Part shown: piece by piece, positions 1 through 7,478 of the stretch | Numbering within the stretch: the stretch's first letter is position 1 | Layout: every line of letters begins with the position of its first letter | Assembly (NCBI GenBank): GCA_023473845.1 | Contig: JAMCYA010000013.1 | Location: 1-35,901, forward strand | Source: Patescibacteria group bacterium | Lineage (GTDB): Bacteria; Patescibacteriota; Doudnabacteria; UBA920 | Length of the DNA: 35,901 nt | Reading direction: 5' to 3' | The notes under the pieces: generated by a model | Databases searched by the model: none | What the model was told of the DNA's origin: nothing | The model's input: the letters and a program-made list of their open reading frames with translations, nothing else | Translations under genes and position numbers: made by a program

Positions 1-34
1 ACAGGCTTTTTAGAAACTGCTGCCGGTCCTGGAC

Positions 35-1801
35 ATGATTGCCATACCGGATTTTGCGTCTGCGGCTATGGAAAACTGGGGCGCGATTATTTACCGGGAG
101 TCGGCATTACTGGTAGACGAGGCCGCCTCGTCTGCAGCCACGCGGCAGTGGGTCGCCATTGTAGTAGCACATGAAATCGCCCACATGTGGTTTGGCAACC
201 TGGTGACCATGCACTGGTGGACGCATCTATGGCTCAATGAAGGCTTTGCGAGCTATATGGAGTATAAATGCGTGGATTCTCTGTTTCCCGAATGGCGGAT
301 GTGGGAGCAGTACGTATCGGGCCGTATGTCAGCGGCGCTGCGCTTGGACGCTTTGGAAAATACGCATCCCGTGGAAGTGGAAGTCGGTCACCCGGGCGAA
401 ATAAGCGAAATTTTCGACGAAGTTTCCTACGCAAAAGGTTCGGCGGTTATCCGCATGCTGGCCGAGTATCTGGGGGAAAAGACTTTTCGGGAAGGGTTGA
501 GGCGGTATTTAAAAAAGCACGCTTATAAAAATACCCGTACCGAGGATTTATGGCAGGCCCTGCAAGCAGTTTCTAAAAAGCCTGTGCGGCAAATTATGGC
601 CACTTGGACAAAACAGCCGGGTTATCCGCTACTCCGACTGACAGAACAGCCGCAAAATTTGCGCTTAGACCAGGCGCGTTTCTATTCTAGCCGGCTATCC
701 AGGCAAGCTGCCAAAAACTCCCAGCTCTGGCAGGTTCCCGTGACTTACGGCAGCAGCAAAGTCCTGTTAACCAGCCGCAGCCAAAATTTGGCAAAACCCA
801 AGGCCCCGTTGAAGTTTAATTCGGGTGAGACTTCTCTGCTCCGGGTCAGTTATCCGGTGGCTTATCTTCAATCCCTAGGCCGCCTGGTGAGCGCTAAAAA
901 GCTTCCGGCGATTGACCGCCTGGGCCTGATACGGGATGCTTTTGCCTTATCCGAAAGCGGCCAACTGCCTGCGATAAAAGTTTTGGAACTGGCGCTTGCT
1001 TATAAAAATGAAGAAGAGCTGATTGTCTGGGAGGAGCTGGCGGACGGCTTAATGCGGTTGCGCAGCCTGCTGTATGGTACAGCGGCTTATGAAAGTTATT
1101 TGGCGTTTTGCCGGAGCTTGTTTTCGGGTATTGGCAAGAAGCTTGGCTGGAGTGCTGGCAAAAACGAAACCCACCACCGCCATATGCTTCGCAGTTTGGT
1201 GCTGACACAGCTGGGCGCCAACGGCGACCAAAAGGTCTTAAGCCAAGCGAAAAGCAAACTAAATTTTTCGCGCCCTTTGCCCGCCAACCTGAAAGGCGTG
1301 GTTTATGGATTGGCCGCCCGGATGGGCGGTAAGAAGGTACACACAACCCTGCTGGCCAAATACAAGGCGGCCGCTTCCCATGAGGAACAGGACCGCTTAG
1401 GCAGATCTCTGGCTCAATTTTCCGATACCCATTTGCTGAAATTGACTTTGGATTTTGCCTTATCCAGGCAGGTAAGAGCCCAAGATGCGCCGTTTATTAT
1501 TGCCGCCGTGTTTCAGAACCCCGCTGGCCGCGATTTGGCTTGGAAATTTATCAGCCAAAATTGGAAGGAGCTGGTTAAAAGGTATGGCGACGGGCTCGGC
1601 CTTTTGAGCCGGCTGCTTAAGGCAGCCGGAGTGTTTACCAGCCGTAAAAAAGCCGTTGAGCTGGAAAAGTTCTTTAAACAACACAAAATTTTAGGCGCCC
1701 AAAGGACTGTCCGGCAGGTTTTGGAGAAGGTACGGTCAAATGCCGACTGGCTGGAGCGCGAGGAAAAGAACATTTATCACTGGCTGCAAAACCGCGTATG
1801 A
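35..1801 (+). CDS. M1-family zinc aminopeptidase (aminopeptidase N-like); only the catalytic and C-terminal domains are present, and the N-terminal domain is missing or split off
   Basis: GxMEN exopeptidase motif AAMENWG lies at aa 10-16. Zincin motif HEIAH-x18-E is present (HEIAHMWFGNLVTMHWWTHLWLNEGFA). Family-like sequence (LLPVLD before MIAIPDF) continues upstream of the ATG as far as an in-frame TAG at 11-13. Confidence 0.85.
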   Translation: MIAIPDFASAAMENWGAIIYRESALLVDEAASSAATRQWVAIVVAHEIAHMWFGNLVTMHWWTHLWLNEGFASYMEYKCVDSLFPEWRMWEQYVSGRMSAALRLDALENTHPVEVEVGHPGEISEIFDEVSYAKGSAVIRMLAEYLGEKTFREGLRRYLKKHAYKNTRTEDLWQALQAVSKKPVRQIMATWTKQPGYPLLRLTEQPQNLRLDQARFYSSRLSRQAAKNSQLWQVPVTYGSSKVLLTSRSQNLAKPKAPLKFNSGETSLLRVSYPVAYLQSLGRLVSAKKLPAIDRLGLIRDAFALSESGQLPAIKVLELALAYKNEEELIVWEELADGLMRLRSLLYGTAAYESYLAFCRSLFSGIGKKLGWSAGKNETHHRHMLRSLVLTQLGANGDQKVLSQAKSKLNFSRPLPANLKGVVYGLAARMGGKKVHTTLLAKYKAAASHEEQDRLGRSLAQFSDTHLLKLTLDFALSRQVRAQDAPFIIAAVFQNPAGRDLAWKFISQNWKELVKRYGDGLGLLSRLLKAAGVFTSRKKAVELEKFFKQHKILGAQRTVRQVLEKVRSNADWLEREEKNIYHWLQNRV

Positions 1802-2388
1802 AGCCAAAGTTCCTGCTTTTTGTGATATGCATGGCGCTGTTCCTGCCCGTGCGGGCCAAGGCCTTGGATATGAACGGGGACTCTGACCATGATGGGCTGA
1901 CCGATGCCCAGGAACTGGAAATTTATCATACCAATCCCAACAAGGCAGATACGGACAATGACGGCTATCCGGACGGCGAGGAGGTAAAATACAATTACGA
2001 TCCCAACAGCCCGCAAAACGATAAATTGGAAAAACATATTGAAGTCAGTCTTAAGACTCAAAGCCTGACTTACAGCCTGGGGCCATACCTGCTGAAAACC
2101 ATCAAAGTTTCCACTGGCGACCGCCTGCACCCGACTCCGGCCGGGGAGTATTCGGTTATCGTGAAAAAGCCTTTGGTCACCTACAAAGGTGCCAACTACT
2201 ACTTTCCAAACACGCGCTGGAACATGATGTTTAAGCGCGGTTCTTCGGGCAACTTGTATATTCACGGCGCCTACTGGCATAATAAATTCGGCCAGCGCAT
2301 GAGCCACGGCTGCGTGAACGTGTCTTATCAGGACATGGAAAGCCTCTATAACTGGACTGATGACGGCACAAAAGTGGTGATAAAATAA
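1798..2388 (+). CDS. Secreted L,D-transpeptidase (YkuD domain) with N-terminal acidic calcium-binding-type repeats
   Basis: Signal peptide MKPKFLLFVICMALFLPVRAKA. Two DxDxDG-type repeats (DSDHDGLTDAQE, DTDNDGYPDGEE). YkuD catalytic signature HGAYWHNKFGQRMSHGCVNV. ATGA start/stop overlap with the upstream gene. Confidence 0.85.
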   Translation: MKPKFLLFVICMALFLPVRAKALDMNGDSDHDGLTDAQELEIYHTNPNKADTDNDGYPDGEEVKYNYDPNSPQNDKLEKHIEVSLKTQSLTYSLGPYLLKTIKVSTGDRLHPTPAGEYSVIVKKPLVTYKGANYYFPNTRWNMMFKRGSSGNLYIHGAYWHNKFGQRMSHGCVNVSYQDMESLYNWTDDGTKVVIK

Positions 2389-2389
2389 T

Positions 2390-2418
2390 TTGCAAACCAA
2401 GTGATTAGAGAGTATAAT
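2390..2418 (+). promoter_or_regulatory. Sigma70-type promoter upstream of secDF
   Basis: TTGCAA (2390-2395), 17 nt spacer, TATAAT (2413-2418), located directly after the transpeptidase stop codon. Confidence 0.5.
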
Positions 2419-2501
2419 ACCCCTAAACTTTGCGCTTTAACGGATGTTTCCAGGTCAAACACCCAAAGCATGAAGCCTCAAGCCTTAACCGGTATTTTTT
2501 A

Positions 2502-3995
2502 ATGCCAATGAAACCTAAACTTAAGTTATACCTTTCTTTGTTCGCTATTTTGGTGCTATTTGCAGGCGCTGCCTGGATTGCCTACCCCAAGGGCAGTAAA
2601 ATTGACTTAAACAGCCTTAAAATCAAATATAGCCAAGTCTTCAAGACCCGTTTGGGCTTGGACCTGCAGGGCGGGGCCCACCTGGTTTACCAGGCGGATT
2701 TTAAAGATATCAAGCCCCAGGACCGCGCCGATGCCTTAAACGCCATCCGGGACGTAATTGAGCGCCGTGTTAACAGCTTTGGCTTGGCCGAACCCCAAGT
2801 GGCGGTCTCTGGCCAGGATCGGATAATTATTGAACTGCCCGGTATCAAAGATGTAAACGAAGCCATTGACCAGATTGGCAAGACGCCTTATCTGGATTTC
2901 CGGATCCAGGACGGCACGACTCCGCAAGTCCAACCCAACAGCAAGGGTGAGGTCAGCGTGGATGCCATGGCGGGCTGGAAGCCGACCGGGCTTTCCGGCA
3001 AGCAGCTGCAAAAAGCTTCGGTTGATTTTCAGACCAGCGGCGGGCTTTCAAACCAGCCCGTTGTCAGGCTGGAGTTTAATGACGAAGGCAAAAAACTTTT
3101 CGGCCAAATTACCTCGGCCAATATTGGCAAGCCCGTGGCTATTTTTCTGGACAAGCAGCTAATCAGCGCACCCACCGTGCAAACCGCCATTACCGACGGT
3201 GTTGCCGTTATCAGCGGAAATTTCTCAGTGCAGGAAGCCAAGAGCCTTGCCACCAACTTAAACAGCGGCGCTTTGCCCGTGCCTATCCAGCTGGTTTCCC
3301 AGCAGAATGTCGGCGCAACTTTGGGCAAGGAATCTATCCAGAAGTCATTAATTGCTGGAATTTTGGGCATACTCATGATTGCCCTGTTTATGATCAGTTA
3401 TTACCGTTTCCCCGGCTTTTTAGCTGTTTGCGCCCTCATGGTGTACGCCGTAGTCTCGCTGTCAGTGTTTAAAATCGGCATCTCGCCCGTGGCCGTGGTG
3501 CTTGTCGGCCTGTTTTTCTTTTTGGGCCTAACGGTGAATGCATGGTTTGGCTTTTTGGCCTTACTCAGCTACATTATTTTGATGCTTGCAGGCGCGCTTT
3601 CTCCGGTCACTCTGACTTTGGCTGGTATCGCGGGCTTTATCTTGTCCATTGGCATGGCGGTTGACGCCAACATTCTAATATTTGAGCGTTTGAAGGAAGA
3701 GATCCGGGCAGGCAAGGATATTGCCAAGGCCGTAGACGACGGTTTCGACCGTGCCTGGCTTTCCATTCGCGATTCCAACGTGTCCAGCCTGATAACCACG
3801 CTAATCCTCTACATGTTCGGCACTCCGAGCATCAAAGGTTTTGCCGTGACTTTGAGCATCGGCATTCTGATTTCCATGTTTACCGCAATTACCGTGACCC
3901 GGACTTTCTTAAAGCTGTTTGTCGGCAACAACATCCTTACACACCCCTGGCTCTTCGGGGTCAGCAAAATTAAGGCAACAAAAGACAATGTTTAA
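2502..3995 (+). CDS. secD: Protein translocase subunit SecD
   Basis: N-terminal TM helix, a large periplasmic domain (GLDLQGGAHLVY, VSGQDRIIIELPG) and a C-terminal six-TM bundle (GMAVDANILIFERLKEE). ATG 2502 is preferred over the TTG at 2430 given by the ORF track. Confidence 0.9.
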   Translation: MPMKPKLKLYLSLFAILVLFAGAAWIAYPKGSKIDLNSLKIKYSQVFKTRLGLDLQGGAHLVYQADFKDIKPQDRADALNAIRDVIERRVNSFGLAEPQVAVSGQDRIIIELPGIKDVNEAIDQIGKTPYLDFRIQDGTTPQVQPNSKGEVSVDAMAGWKPTGLSGKQLQKASVDFQTSGGLSNQPVVRLEFNDEGKKLFGQITSANIGKPVAIFLDKQLISAPTVQTAITDGVAVISGNFSVQEAKSLATNLNSGALPVPIQLVSQQNVGATLGKESIQKSLIAGILGILMIALFMISYYRFPGFLAVCALMVYAVVSLSVFKIGISPVAVVLVGLFFFLGLTVNAWFGFLALLSYIILMLAGALSPVTLTLAGIAGFILSIGMAVDANILIFERLKEEIRAGKDIAKAVDDGFDRAWLSIRDSNVSSLITTLILYMFGTPSIKGFAVTLSIGILISMFTAITVTRTFLKLFVGNNILTHPWLFGVSKIKATKDNV

Positions 3996-4878
3996 TACCC
4001 TCAAATACTACAAATTTTGGTTTACGGTTTCCGGGCTTATCCTGGCTTTCGGCGTCATCTCGCTTTCCATGTTCGGCCTCCGGCTGGGCATAGATTTCAA
4101 AGGCGGCACCCTGACCGAGCTAAAGTTTGACCAGAAATACGATTTACAGAAAGTCAAGGACGTGCTGGCCACGGAAAATATCGGCAACTATCAGCTGCAG
4201 ACTTCGGAAGAGAACGGTCTGATTATCAAAACCGAAAGCGTGGACAAAGCAATCCACGATAAAATGCTGGCCGATTTAAAGCAGCAGATAGGGGAGTTTA
4301 AGGAAGCCAAGTTCGACTCCATTGGCCCGGTTATTGGCAATGAACTGCGCCGCGATGCAATTTTGCAGCTGGTGATGGTGTCTCTGGGTATTGTGGCTTA
4401 CATTGCCTATGCCTTCCGCCGGGTGCCTAAACCCATTACTTCGTGGCGTTTTGGCTGGTCAGCGGTTGTTGCCCTGCTTCACGACTTGTTGTTCGTACTT
4501 GGCGTTTTCTCCGTCCTCGGCCATTTTAAAGGGGTGGAGATTGACGGGATGTTTGTTACCGCCCTGCTCACCGTTTTAGGCTTTTCCGTGCACGACACGA
4601 TTGTCGTGTTTGACCGGATCCGTGAAAACCTGAAGGTCTACTCCGGCCAGTCCATTGAATACGTGGTAAATAAAAGCATCGGCCAGACAATTGTCAGGTC
4701 CTTAAATACCAGCCTGACGGTGCTGTTTGTCTTGCTGACTCTTTTGCTTTTCGGCGGCGACACCATTAGATATTTTGTCCTTGCCTTGTTTATCGGTATT
4801 TTTGTGGGGACTTATTCTTCCATTTTTATCGCCAGCCCTATCCTGGTTGTGTGGCAAAACTGGAAAGCACAAAAGTAG
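3988..4878 (+). CDS. secF: Protein translocase subunit SecF
   Basis: GIDFKGGT motif, TM bundle and HDTIVVFDRIREN. ATG 3988 overlaps the secD stop (ATGTTTAA), and the upstream part of the track ORF lies inside secD. Confidence 0.9.
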   Translation: MFNTLKYYKFWFTVSGLILAFGVISLSMFGLRLGIDFKGGTLTELKFDQKYDLQKVKDVLATENIGNYQLQTSEENGLIIKTESVDKAIHDKMLADLKQQIGEFKEAKFDSIGPVIGNELRRDAILQLVMVSLGIVAYIAYAFRRVPKPITSWRFGWSAVVALLHDLLFVLGVFSVLGHFKGVEIDGMFVTALLTVLGFSVHDTIVVFDRIRENLKVYSGQSIEYVVNKSIGQTIVRSLNTSLTVLFVLLTLLLFGGDTIRYFVLALFIGIFVGTYSSIFIASPILVVWQNWKAQK

Positions 4879-4915
4879 ATAATTAGGCAATAAAATGCCC
4901 AAAATCACAAACTTT

Positions 4916-4945
4916 GCACCCGCGTAAAAGCGGGTGCTTTTATTT
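4916..4945 (+). terminator. Rho-independent terminator after secF
   Basis: 8-bp stem gcacccgc / gcgggtgc (4916-4923 / 4930-4937), 6-nt loop, then TTTTATTT. Confidence 0.7.
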
Positions 4946-4969
4946 CCAACCAGTATCAAGGGGGTATAT

Positions 4970-4998
4970 TTGACAAACCTTATGCTTTGTGCTATACT
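4970..4998 (+). promoter_or_regulatory. Near-consensus promoter with extended -10
   Basis: TTGACA (4970-4975), 17 nt spacer, TGc-TATACT (4990-4998). The predicted TSS is near 5005, 17 nt before the ATG at 5022. Confidence 0.65.
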
Positions 4999-5021
4999 GA
5001 GGTCGATATTAAAACTCCTCT

Positions 5022-6104
5022 ATGGGAATTCTCGACACAATCATTACAACCAAACAGAACGAGACCATCCAACAGATGCGCCCTGTGGACATCGTAAAAG
5101 AGATTTTGCAGAACCTGAAAGAACGCGACAGGCAGATTTTGGCGCACCGCTACGGGCTGGAAGGCCGGGGAGTCAAAACTTTGGCTGCTATTGGGCAGGA
5201 GCAAAACCTTACCAGGGAGCGCGTCCGGCAGATTGAGAAGGATCTGATGAAGCACCTGAAAAAAACCAGCTCCAAATACTCCAGCTTCAACGCAACCAAA
5301 GAATTTATTCTCAACATCATCTCCGAGCATGGCCGCATTATTGCGGAAGAGAACCTGCTTTTGAACCTGAACATCAAGGATGAGCAAGAAAAAAACGCGG
5401 TGATTTTTTTGCTGAACCTCATTGAAGAACTGGATAATTTCATCCACGATAACTATAAAAAAAACTGGGTTATGGTCCTGTTTAAGGAAGATTTGCTCCA
5501 CGGGTTCGTGGACCAGGGCAAAAAAATCATTGCCGAGAAGCAAAAACCCCTGCAAGCCGAAGAATTCTTGCAGCATTTTAAACAGACTCAATTTTACCAG
5601 GACAATCAAGTGGAGCTGAATGACAAAACCATTATCAACTTTTTGGAACTTGCCGTAGAGATTGAAAAGAACGTGTTCGGTGAATTCGGTCTCAGCCACT
5701 GGAAGGAAATTGTGCCCAAAGACGTCGGCGACAAGGCGTACTTGGTTATGAAATACCACAAGAAGCCGGAACACTATTCGGCCATTACCGAAATGATCAA
5801 CAAGGCCAAATTCGACAGCAAAACCGCCTACAAAGAGACCGTACACAACGAACTGATTAAGGATCAAAGGTTTGTGCTTATCGGCCGCGGCATTTATGCC
5901 CTCGCCGAATGGGGTTTTAAACCCGGGGTTGTGTCGGATGTCATTTCTGAAATCCTCAAAAAATACGGCCAGCCTATGCCGAAAGAAAAAATTATCGAAG
6001 AGGTGATGAAAGTTAGGCAGGTCAAGAAAAATACGATTTTAGTCAGTCTTTCCAATAAAAAATTATTCAAGAAAGTCGGCAAGAACCTTTACGCGCTGGC
6101 CTAG
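5022..6104 (+). CDS. Sigma-70 region 4 domain protein with two C-terminal HARE-HTH-like winged-helix modules (not a complete sigma factor)
   Basis: aa 30-82 read LKERDRQILAHRYGLEGRGVKTLAAIGQEQNLTRERVRQIEKDLMKHLKK, a region 4.2 HTH signature. No region 2 is recognisable. The C-terminal blocks KAYLVMKYHKKPEHYSAITEMI...RFVLIGRGIYALAEWG and VISEILKKYGQPMPKEKIIEEV...LFKKVGKNLYALA resemble HARE-HTH. Confidence 0.7.
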   Translation: MGILDTIITTKQNETIQQMRPVDIVKEILQNLKERDRQILAHRYGLEGRGVKTLAAIGQEQNLTRERVRQIEKDLMKHLKKTSSKYSSFNATKEFILNIISEHGRIIAEENLLLNLNIKDEQEKNAVIFLLNLIEELDNFIHDNYKKNWVMVLFKEDLLHGFVDQGKKIIAEKQKPLQAEEFLQHFKQTQFYQDNQVELNDKTIINFLELAVEIEKNVFGEFGLSHWKEIVPKDVGDKAYLVMKYHKKPEHYSAITEMINKAKFDSKTAYKETVHNELIKDQRFVLIGRGIYALAEWGFKPGVVSDVISEILKKYGQPMPKEKIIEEVMKVRQVKKNTILVSLSNKKLFKKVGKNLYALA

Positions 6105-6129
6105 ACATAAAAACGGAAGATAAAACAAA

Positions 6130-7473
6130 ATGGACATTTTTCAGGGAATTCTGCCCAACCCACTGGATATACTGAAAGCAACGGGAGGTCTTTTGATATT
6201 TTCAGTTATCGGCGCGCTGCTGTATATCCTCTATAAAAGCTACCGCAAAGAAATTGAGCACCAGTTTGTGCACAGCATTGACTGGGTGCTTCTCAATATT
6301 AAAGTGCCCAAGGACAACTTGGCCAGTACTTTGGCCGTGGAGACCATTTTTTCCCAGATGCACGCGCTCCACAGCGGCCTGACTTTTCCGCAAATCTACA
6401 TTGAGGGGCGCATTCAGAAATGGTATTCTCTGGAACTGATCAGCATGGGCGGCAAAATTTCCTTTATTGTGCGCGTACCCAAAGATAGCCGGGGCCTGGT
6501 GGAGTCGGCGTTTTATTCCCATTACCCGGACGTGGAAATAACCGAGGCCGATGATTACATGGAGAACTTCCAGTTTGACCACAATGATGAAAAGAGCCAG
6601 TACGATATTTGGGGTACGGAATTCAAGCTGACTGAAGATTTTGTTTTTCCGATTAAGACCTACCGGGATTTTGAGCATCTGTCCGCGGAGGAAAAAATTA
6701 TCGATCCTTTGGCCAACTTGTTCGAGGCGCTTAATAAAATGCAGCCCTACGAATTTTACGGCATCCAGGTTATCCTTCAGCCTCTGGCCGATGATGAATG
6801 GAAGCCCCACGGCGAAGCTATGGTGAAAGAGCTGATTGGCGAAGAGGCGGAGCATGATGTGAAGCTGAAAGATGTGGCCATGACGCCGTTTAACAAGTTT
6901 GCGCAGTTCAGCCTGAAAAATTTGCTGTTTGGCGGCGGGCACGGCGCCCACGGAGCGCACGGTGCGGAGGATAAGGGCCCGAAAAACAATTGGATGAGCA
7001 TGACGGAAACGCAAAAAGAGCGGGTGAATTTGGTGGAACGAAAAATTGGCAAGCCAGGCTACAAGGCTAAAATCCGGCATTTATATATTGCCCCCAGGGA
7101 CAAGTTTGACCCCACCAAAAAAGGCTTGATTATCGGCGCATACCGGCCGCTCGGCACGGCTAATTCCAACAAGTTCAAACCCGATGTCAGCAATACCTGG
7201 GTCGGGGCGGATTACTACATTTCGCCCACTTTGGAAAAACCCTACTTGGACTACCTGCTCCGGAAGAAAAAACGGCACATTTTTAAAGGTTACAAAAACC
7301 GCGACATCCACATCGGCCTGCCCATGTACGTGCTGAACGTGGAAGAAATTGCCACTATCTACCATTTCCCGATTACCACCAAGGAAACTTCCGTGGCTTC
7401 CAGTATTGAAAAAACCATGAGCAAAAAATCCCAGCCACCGGCTAATTTGCCTATTCTTGAGGAGCTAAGCTAA
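6130..7473 (+). CDS. Membrane-anchored protein of unknown function, upstream partner of the coupling-protein-like ATPase
   Basis: Single N-terminal TM helix (GGLLIFSVIGALLYILY) followed by a roughly 400-aa soluble region with no motif I recognise. It contains an internal GGGHGAHGAHGAED repeat. There is a GGAAG SD-like element 10 nt upstream and a 5-nt gap to the next gene. Confidence 0.6.
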   Translation: MDIFQGILPNPLDILKATGGLLIFSVIGALLYILYKSYRKEIEHQFVHSIDWVLLNIKVPKDNLASTLAVETIFSQMHALHSGLTFPQIYIEGRIQKWYSLELISMGGKISFIVRVPKDSRGLVESAFYSHYPDVEITEADDYMENFQFDHNDEKSQYDIWGTEFKLTEDFVFPIKTYRDFEHLSAEEKIIDPLANLFEALNKMQPYEFYGIQVILQPLADDEWKPHGEAMVKELIGEEAEHDVKLKDVAMTPFNKFAQFSLKNLLFGGGHGAHGAHGAEDKGPKNNWMSMTETQKERVNLVERKIGKPGYKAKIRHLYIAPRDKFDPTKKGLIIGAYRPLGTANSNKFKPDVSNTWVGADYYISPTLEKPYLDYLLRKKKRHIFKGYKNRDIHIGLPMYVLNVEEIATIYHFPITTKETSVASSIEKTMSKKSQPPANLPILEELS

Positions 7474-7478
7474 TTTTC

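Noticed and set aside
2430-2501. Longer N-terminal extensions given by the ORF track (TTG 2430 secD, 3919 secF, 9648 carboxypeptidase, TTG 24133 bPH, 24991 parvulin, 24133 end of the 123-aa minus ORF)
   Set aside because: The extensions overlap upstream genes or promoter boxes and add non-signal-like residues. Internal ATGs give canonical N-terminal TM or signal segments and classic ATGA/ATGTTTAA couplings. These starts remain uncertain.
4992-5867. 291-aa minus-strand ORF antisense to the sigma-r4 gene, together with the 292-aa ORF at 6202-7080
   Set aside because: Both lie entirely inside better-supported plus-strand genes. Their composition (F/L/V/N/Q-rich, no motifs) is typical of shadow ORFs. 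No promoter, SD or terminator supports either one.
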